A stretch of 64,000 nucleotides of DNA from Octopus sinensis (Eukaryota), in the NCBI RefSeq assembly GCF_006345805.1, contig NC_042998.1:184512001-184576000 (forward strand). The letters run 5' to 3'. The notes beneath the pieces were generated by a model that saw only the letters and a program-made list of their open reading frames with translations, did no database searches and had not been told where the DNA came from. This document shows positions 54,680 to 64,000 of the stretch, piece by piece (within the stretch, counting starts at the first letter, position 1; every line of letters starts with the position of its first letter). The translations under genes and the position numbers were made by a program.

Positions 54680-56180
54680 GATTTGCCTTCAGTTGTCAGA
54701 GAAGTATGGCCTCAAAATATTCCAAGTAAATGCATCAACATCTGTAAATGTTCTAAAAGAACTGGAACTATATCACGAAGAGATTAGTGAAGTCATCGAC
54801 ACTCACAACGCTTGTTACCCTATTATAATGGGAGACTTATGCACAAAGATAAGATTAAAAAATGAGTATCACCATGGAAAATACTCACAAGATGAAAGAA
54901 AATAGAAGTGGATAAGATCTAATCAGTTTCTACTTAAAAAAAAAAAAAAACTCCAAATAATAAATACTCTCTTCACAATCCCCCCCCCCACTCCCGCCAA
55001 GAAAAAGGACTTGGATATGTCTGAAATACAAAACCCTAAACAAAATACATGAACTGAAAAAATAACAGATTAACAATCATTTTAGCATCAGCTGCAAACT
55101 CGGGTGTCACCACCCGTAACGCGAAGGAGAGAAAACTCAATAAATACAGGGGCCTGACTAGTTGCTGTCAGTTCATGCTGGTCGCCGTCAAGACATCAAG
55201 TTTTTGAGGATCCTTTACTATCAATTTCCTCTGAAAAATAGGGATAACGGCGGCCCGTCGGAGAAATGAGTTCCACAAGGTGGAGTGGCTGCTGCAGCGA
55301 GTGTCGCTGGCCATTCTCCGCGGCAACGTCTTCACAGTCATTTCCGCAGGGTGCTGCGGAGCACAACATTTGTTCTGAGGTACATGGCTCATTGCGCCCC
55401 ACTCATCTTCCGCTGCTTTATCAACCCCCACTTTTTTTCCCTTACTTTCTTTTCCTTTCTTATCTCTCTTTGCTGTATCTGTGTATTTCTAAAAAAATTG
55501 TGAACTACAAAGAAAAAAAAATTAACAAGACATCGTTTAAGGTCAAAAGCAGCAATTATAGAATAACAATAAGCTTCCAATCGCATTCTATAAGGTAAGA
55601 AAGAAGATATTCCACTTCAAGAACAAACTAATGAGGGTCGTAAAAGGCCAAATCGTTCGCCAAAGCGAATTTCTCACACATTCTCAATTTGCAGGTTGCA
55701 TAGTTCTAACATAAAGAAAATATTAAAGAAAAACAAGAATTACCTTGAGTTGGTGAGCTTTAGGGATTCTAAGTTACATATTAAAAAGACAAATTATCTT
55801 AAGCCTTAAATGACGAGTTTACAACCGATTTCTTACGGTGCAGAAACATAGAGTTTTAAAAGAACTTAAAATGCGAGTTAAAGATTGTTCAACATGTTCA
55901 CGAATGCATGGCGCTTGGAATAATGTGGAGAAAACAACATAAGATAACAAAACAGATCCGAAAAGAAATAAAATGACATTGCCAAATTCATAAAACCGTT
56001 TGGCTGGACATGTCCAGAAGAATATAAACGATTAGAGAAAAAAGACAATAGTGAAAAAGAAACAGGATGATATCAAACAAGTTGGATGAATGAATTGGAT
56101 AGATTTAATAAAAACTAGAGATCGAGCACACAAAACCAAAAGAAAATCTTGGGCAGAAAGGGCCTTTGTCTGGCTGTAAA
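54680..56180 (+). mobile_element. Decayed, internally deleted RTE-clade LINE
   Basis: APE-like LKIFQVNASTS...LELYHEEIS...IIMGDLCTKI (cf. GDFNAK). RT-like QFAGCIVL near 55686 (cf. FADDIVL). C-terminal AGHVQ near 56003 and SWMNEL near 56080. Confidence 0.65.
55076..55378 (+). mobile_element. CRE-clade non-LTR retrotransposon RLE C-terminal fragment with two in-frame stops
   Basis: One frame: HLASAANSGVTTRNAKERKLNKYRGLTSCCQFMLVAVKTSSF*GSFTINFL*KIGITAARRRNEFHKVEWLLQRVSLAILRGNVFTVISAG. Matches K..KY, F.P.AVET.G and L.QR.S.AIQRGN. GC-rich island in AT-rich context. Confidence 0.72.
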
Positions 56181-56976
56181 AACACAACGTCTGTTTGGAT
56201 ACATTGGTTACCTAACCACGTAAAGGCTCCTAACTGAATATTGCAGGGAACTTTATTTGGAAATCTATCGAGTCTACAATTCACTGACCTTACTTGTCAC
56301 TCTAACATTAGTACAAGGGCACACATTTGTAAAGTTACTATAACCGAGTACATATGTTACTGACCTCAGTACTTGGCTTATTTTCTCCTCACAAAAGAAT
56401 AGAAATCAAAGTCACCCCGGCGGAATTTGAACTCAGATAATAATTGAACAAAACTAAATACAACACTCCGACTTCATTTCTCATTCTATTGATGTGATAA
56501 TCTACTGCATTTAATAACAAAAATAATAATTATAATAACAATAAACTCTTTATTTAGATAGGAGGCAAGCAGTTTTGAATTTAAGGGTTAACCAACACAG
56601 CATTTTGCTAGTATCATATTTTACTGACCCTCCGAAAGATGGAAGCGGACATTAATCTTGGCGGATTTGAACTCAGAATGTAGAATGTCATAATAAGTAC
56701 TGCAAAGCATTTTGTACTATGCTCTATCGATTATGTCAGTGCATCACCTTTAGTAATAACAGTAATAAAAAAAAAAAGGATGAAGAAAAAGAAAGAAAAC
56801 GAAGAGTTAATCAATGAAGGTAAAAATGTAAAGATTAACATGACGAGGACACCAGGGAGGTGTTGGGGAAGAGAAGTATTGTTTCGTTCCACTTACTCTA
56901 ATTTTCACCTCCGCATCTCTACATTACCCGCCAATGAACCTAAAATTATTTTCTCACATACATATGCATATATATA

Positions 56977-57054
<78 letters not shown>

Positions 57055-57116
57055 TCACATATATATATATACGTATCCAAACACATATGTATGTGTATAT
57101 ATATGTATATGAATGT

Positions 57117-57148
<32 letters not shown>

Positions 57149-57512
57149 ACACACACACACATATTTATGCATGCACACATATATGTATGTACATCCAACC
57201 TCATGCCACACATGTATGACCTTTCCAGTCTTCAGTTCTGCTCATTTGAACATTACTAAGCAGCCGGTAGATGTCTCCACCAGCAATACAACAAGAGGTC
57301 AGATGTAATGGCCGAACAATGAACAGCAAAAAGCGCAAAATGTATGTATACAGTACAGTGTGTAGATGTGTAGATGTAATTGTAATACACTTGAGTGCAT
57401 GCACGCACGTCTTTGTGTGTGTTTGTTTGTATGCGTGTGTGTCTGTTGTGTGTGTGTGTGTGTGTGCGTTCGTGTGTGCGTGTGTGTGAGTGAGAGAGAG
57501 GGAGAGAGAGTA

Positions 57513-57545
<33 letters not shown>

Positions 57546-58262
57546 CTTATCGAAACTGATAAGGATATTAATGAGGTGCGGTAGGATACTGCAATAATGT
57601 TGTCCAAGACAGAGGTATTAATAATTTGATGCGGAAGCTAAAACAGCGACTTGGACGATAGAAAGCAGTACTAGATTGAATTTACGGGGTTTTCTAACTC
57701 ACAGTTGCTTTCGAAAGAAAAAAATGTGATAAAGAACAGATGAGGCCCAACCAAGCATCCTTTACCAACCAGACAGGCGTGCTAAACACTGAGAAAATAA
57801 TACTTTGAATTTCATTTATTACGTCTAGATTCTTTGTATAATAAAGATTTAGCTCAAAATAGAGTTATTAGAAATTTTGTTGAAAATCTCCCTTAAATCA
57901 CACCCCACTAAGTAAAAATGGTCATATTATATAATGTAATCACAGATTCACTACATTTGAAAAAAAAAAGGCGGGATGCTCATGGTTGGAATATCGTTTG
58001 AGCATAAATCGATCGGATCAATGCTGACCTTAGGCTAACAATAACAATAATTCTGTATCCCATGGTAGACAAATATTATATAGAGTGGAATAATAATTAC
58101 CTAAATTCTACTATATACATCTATAAGTTGGTCCTTTGTTTCGTTCTACACGAGTTATTATCCTACTGGGCTGACCTATCCAGTAAACTATGTAAAGGTG
58201 AAGTATTCAGTGGTGTCCTGTTGGCGCAGGTAGGTACACGAATCACCTTGCTAAATGACGAC

Positions 58263-58305
<43 letters not shown>

Positions 58306-58321
58306 GAGAGAGAGAGGGGAG

Positions 58322-58353
<32 letters not shown>

Positions 58354-58784
58354 AGCAAGGAGAGAGAAAAAGTGAGAAGGAGGTCTCTCTCAGAATGTCA
58401 TACATCTAAAAGTGAGCTCCAAGCAAGGCCGTGAATGTGAGAAGTCGTTTGAGCGCTGGATAAAATGGCTTACTGATTTGATCTGGCTGTCTGTAGTCTG
58501 AGTTCAAATCCAGGCAAAGTCAACTTCGCCTTCCATCTTAGGGGCGATAAATATAACAACAAAGTAGTACAGAGCTCGTTTCTTATCTTTCTCGAAGAAA
58601 TCGACCGATTCAAATGTAGAGAGCAAAAGCTTTTGACAGATTTAAATGTTCAGGACATGTCTTATGTCACAACAACGTCCCTACAACCTTATCAGGCGTT
58701 ATAAACCATCTCAATATACAGACGTCACGCCAACGAACTTGTATAAGAAAAAGTAAATGGTTTAAGGATACAATACGACATTAT

Positions 58785-59184
58785 TCTACTCTCTTTTACT
58801 TGTTTCAGTCATTTGACTGCGGCCATGCTGGAGTACCACCTTTAGTGAAGCAAATCGATCTCAGGACTTATTCTTTGTAATCCTAGTACTTATTCTATCG
58901 GTCTCTTTTGCCGAACCACTAAGTTACGGGGACGTAAACACGCCAACATCGGTTGTCAAGGGATGTTGGGGGGGACACACGCACACACATAACACACACA
59001 CATATATATATGCATATATACGACGGGCTTCTTTCAGTTTCCGTCTACCAAATCCACGCACAAGGCTTTGGTCGGCCCGAGACTATAGTAGAAGACACTA
59101 GCCCAAGGTGCCACGCAGTGGGACTGAACCCAGGACCATGTGATTGGTAAGCAAGCTACTTACCACACAGCTACTCCTACTCCT
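58785..59184 (-). mobile_element. SINE family A, full length
   Basis: Highly similar to 36901-37310. Confidence 0.82.
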
Positions 59185-60095
59185 AACAATTTTTTTTTAC
59201 GTCAGGGAAAAGCAAAAGTAAGACTTCCACAATAAAACTATTATTTCTATCATATTCTAACAAAGGAAAAGGAATATCGAATTCTTATATTGGCACAAAA
59301 CCAGAAATTCATATCGACTCTAGTACGTAACTAGTACTTTATTTTATCCACGCCAGAAGATTGAAAAACGCAAGTTGAACTTCGCCGGATTTGAACACTT
59401 AATTTTGAGTGACAAAATATAATACTGCAATATATTTTTAGCTGGTCCTCTACCAATTCTACCATCCATTTCCATTTTCCTTTCAAACAAAGGAATATAA
59501 ACAATTTTTTTTATATTTTGAAATCGTATGTGCTCGCGCGCGCACACACACACACGCTCACACACACACGCTCACACACACAAACACACAAACACACAAA
59601 CACAGAAATATATGCATAAGCACACACTCGTATGAATATATATACATACACACAGGTTTATATATGCGCATAGACACATATATCTGCAAATATACATGCA
59701 TACATATATATACACACAAAGTGCAATTTCCTTGATACTTCATTGTTGTCAAAGTTTAAAAAACAACAGAAATACCAGCAAAAACAAAAAAAAAACACAA
59801 CTTATACAAGAACAACTAAACAAACATAAAATTAGCCTCATCATAATAAATAAAAGTCAAAAATGACAGTTTAGAAAAAAATGGAAGGTTATTTCCCATT
59901 TAAAATTAATTTTAGCTGGCAAACAAGGTCCACGCGATAACTTTAGTTCAACGAAGCATACATCTTGAATACAAGACAAAAATGAATAATAACGAATAAA
60001 GAAGATATTTCAAGACAAGAGATAATTCTTGAAAGAAAGAAAAAAATATATGGAAGGCAAGCAGGGAAAACAGACGAAAAAAATTTAAATATCAG

Positions 60096-60133
<38 letters not shown>

Positions 60134-61128
60134 ACACAAATACATACACACATATATGAATACAAGTATAAAGTAATAAACAGATATATCTATATATTTA
60201 TGGTTGAGTGTATGTGTGTATGAGACTGAAAGAGAAAGAGATTGAGAGAGATAGAAAAAGAGAGGCATAGAGAAAAGGAGAAAGAAAAGATCCCTATGAA
60301 TACACGAATAAAGAAAGTCATAAACTGAAAAGCAAAGAAGTCGCTGCTTACATTTGAAATTTGCTTTAAAATGTTCGTTTTTTTTTTCTATTTCAAATTC
60401 TGCATTCATACACAGTATGTTTCAATCGACAGCATACAAAAAAAATCTCATACACCACTGTACAAGTGAATCGGATGCAGTCAGCCATAATTGTAGCACA
60501 GAAAAAGCAATGATATTGCCAAGTGGCCATTGAAGGAGACATGTCAACTAGTTACATCCATACTGTACACAACACTTGTACACTTTGCTTGTAACTCAAC
60601 AAGACAGAAACAAGCAGGATGTTCTGCTCTTGTCTTCTTATGTAGCTCTTCTTTAGCTGACTACTATTCTTTATACTGTTGTTCTTTTATTTTTGTTATA
60701 CACTCGAGTCTTCAACGTATTTGTTGCTGTTGTGGTTGCTGTTATCTATTTCTTGGAACTGTGATATACAAACTTATAAGTGCATGTAGATCAATGCATA
60801 TTCACCCCCCCATATATATATATATATATTATCTATATATATATATATATAGTATATATATATATATAGTATATATATATATATTTGTATATATATATAG
60901 TGTATATATATATAGATATATGAAGTATGTAGATTTATACATATATATATATGTATGTATATGTATATAAATATATACATGTACATATATGTATATATAT
61001 ATATATATATGTGTGTGTGTATCTATATATACATCTACATGTCTGCATATGTATATGTATAAATATACATACATACATACACATACACATATATACACAA
61101 TCATATAAATGCATATATAGCTGCACAG

Positions 61129-61191
<63 letters not shown>

Positions 61192-62822
61192 AATGAATAT
61201 ATACAAACACATACATAGATATATATGGACATTATATATATATATATGTATATGTATGCATATATATGTATGTGTATGTATATTTCTATGTGTATGAATA
61301 TACGTGCACATACCAACACAAATACACATACACACACATATATATGTATATATATGTATATATATATATCTTTATAATTCATCCACGTGAGCTTATTTAT
61401 TGGTATCTCAAGTTTCGAAGAATAACACAGGAGTAACAACAGCAGTTTCTTTAAATGATAAATCTCTCGCCTGAAGATCGCAGTGACATGAAACTTGAAC
61501 CATGAGAAACGAATTCAGTTTATATAAGCAATATACTTAATCCATTCATACAATTCCCTTTTTCTCTTCCTATCACAAACTCATATGTGTTTATGTGTGT
61601 GTATGTGTGTGTGTACATGTACATGTATGTGTGTATAAATATCTATATGTATGCATGTATACAGTCATACATGCATACATATAAGCGCGCGCACACTTAC
61701 TCACATGCATACACTCTCACACATATATGTGGAGACAGTCACACATACCCATTCACATGTATATGTTTGTGTGTATGTATCGATTCGCAGTTGTAATTTT
61801 TTTGCTAATATAGAATTTAAGTGAAAAGCGCCATCTTGTTGAACTAGTTCAAATGCTTCTTCTCATTTTTAAAAATGTGTTTCTTTGTTTTATTTCCTTT
61901 ATTACTTACGCCTATCACCAGAATCTCGATATTTATCTCCTTTCGTTACCTTATTAGTTCTATTTCAGATAAAGTGCTCAATAGACGCAATTTAAACAAG
62001 TCACTTCTGTATTGCCTACTACTTATCTTTTATTTTTTACCGAAAGTTTTTACTCTATTCCTTTTCACCAGTTAACTATCATCATCTTTGACTTTTATTT
62101 TACACTTGACAATATTCCAACATGCAGCCATTTTTTGTTGTCATTGCTTATTTCTATGTATTGATATATTTGAATAAGCCGGTTACAGGATCAAGAAAAC
62201 AGCATAAGATATATATTTTTTGCAGAATCTTTTTAGTCATCTTAACCGCTGCCTTTCTTTCGTCCACCATCATTCTTCTGTACTCAATGACAATATTAAC
62301 TAACTGCCACAGGATTTCATGTGAGGATGGTTGTGTAGGATAGATGGATGGTGCTAGTAGTGAATAGTAAATCTGATGATGAAGAGAAGCATTTTTGACG
62401 TAAATCAGACTTCATAACAACTTTCAGTTTGAGCCGAAATTAATGAAAAGAAAAAAATTACAAGCAAAAAAACTAAAATAAAATATGTGGATAATTTTAT
62501 CAAGATGCAATCAACGTATAAAACAAAACAGAGGCTGCTTGAAAAAAAAATCTTAGTAGAAAATCTGGTGATAAAACTTGTTTATCAGATATTCCTCTCT
62601 TATAAAGTCTTCAACTAGGTTTTAAATAGAGTTAAGAACTAAAGGTACACAAACTGTCTACAAAATTTCAATATATTACTGTGTTTATATATTAAATATT
62701 GATTGACATCGCCAAATAGCGTAATGTGAACAATATTGAGAAAAGTGAACATATGTATAAACATGCACCCACACACACACAAGCGCTCGCGTGCGCACAC
62801 ACATGCATTACACATCAACATA

Positions 62823-62866
<44 letters not shown>

Positions 62867-64000
62867 AAGAGGTGGGGAAAAACCTGGTTGTATGACATGT
62901 CTATTTTAAGTGATTGTAATTTAGAACCTTGCATGTCAAGTGTGCCTGAACAATGTTTGTACTCCAACAGAATCTCTCAACACTTGATATTCTCAATTTT
63001 ATTACAAAAAGTTTCATTAAACTGAAAAATTAGACAATGATTACAAGGTCATTCATTCTATTGCAATGTTCTTGGTTTTTTTTATTCTACTTTATGTCTT
63101 TGAATATCTTTTGCGATAAATATTTGTGATCAAAAACACAGAGATAGATTTTCAAAGTATTTCACTAAATAAGCGCCATTGAAATCCATCATCATATCAA
63201 AGGTCCTTGTTATCAGACTAAACAGAAATGTGTTTTAAATTTGAAATATTTAACCTTTCTGACTTAAGAATTTATTACACCATTTAGGCTTACCATTCTT
63301 AGAAATTCTCTAACAACGCTAAATATACTATTGAATGAATTAATTTTCAAACGGCAAATATTAAATTTAATATAATAATTATATATTCATAATATTGATT
63401 TCTAACACTGGAGCAATGTGAGAAATTCTGCGAGTGGGCAGCGATTTAACCAATCCCAAATTGTATCATTCATATTTATATATGCACATAAGAGTTAAGA
63501 AATGGAGTAGATAAGATCCGGGCTACATATGTTTCATAGCGAGTGGAACCTCGGAATTGGTAAATATCAAAGCGAGGTGTATACCGAAGGCTACTCTTTA
63601 GGCCAAGGATATGAAAATTTACATTGTCGCAAGTAGGTACACGTTGACACGTTGGAAGATTCAATCAGAATGTGAAGAGAGCACAGTAGGAGAATATAAA
63701 CGTAGAGAGAAATAAAAATTAAAAGAAGGAAAAAAAGAAAAAAATATAAAGGAGTGAAAGGAATGAGGAATTTGAGCAAGGTCATTTGACCGGTAAGAAT
63801 CAATAGGGCTGTTTTGGCCGAATCACAGATTTGCAAAGGAAGTGCTATTTGAGGAAAAGATAATGTGGAGGGAAGAGGGTGGGGAAATATTGTTCCTGAA
63901 AGTTGTTTTTTATGTTTACTACGGATTGCTTGAAGCTAACTTTCTTCCTACACCTCGATCCTTGGATATATATATATATATATATATATACGAAAGAAGG

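Noticed and set aside
61471-61496. CTGAAGA...GAAAC hammerhead-like string
   Set aside because: No stem II closing next to GAAA and no stem I pairing; at best a degenerate remnant.
61875-62343. Two hydrophobic ORFs suggesting a membrane receptor
   Set aside because: AT-rich sequence gives F/I/L-rich frames by chance; the two ORFs are in different frames and lack GPCR motifs.

Overview
Repeat-saturated, AT-rich animal genomic DNA. The SINE families and the very high microsatellite load point to a coleoid cephalopod, most likely Octopus (inference). No protein-coding gene can be called with confidence; most ORFs in the supplied track are translations of microsatellites. The window contains three tRNA-like SINE families; decayed LINE fragments (R4/Dong-type RLE, CRE-type RLE, RTE, CR1/L2-like); Penelope-like remnants; non-autonomous Helitron ends; a pogo/Tigger MITE; a hAT MITE with a perfect 8-bp TSD; and a ~100-bp-arm foldback. 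The standout is 26226-26744: about 1.5 tandem copies of a highly structured 350-nt unit inserted in (TA)n. It carries a complete type I hammerhead ribozyme, and the first copy starts exactly at the predicted self-cleavage site. This is the architecture of a non-LTR retrozyme (predicted self-cleaving, circularising RNA). Two further Penelope-type hammerhead-like cores lie at 12325 and 27428.
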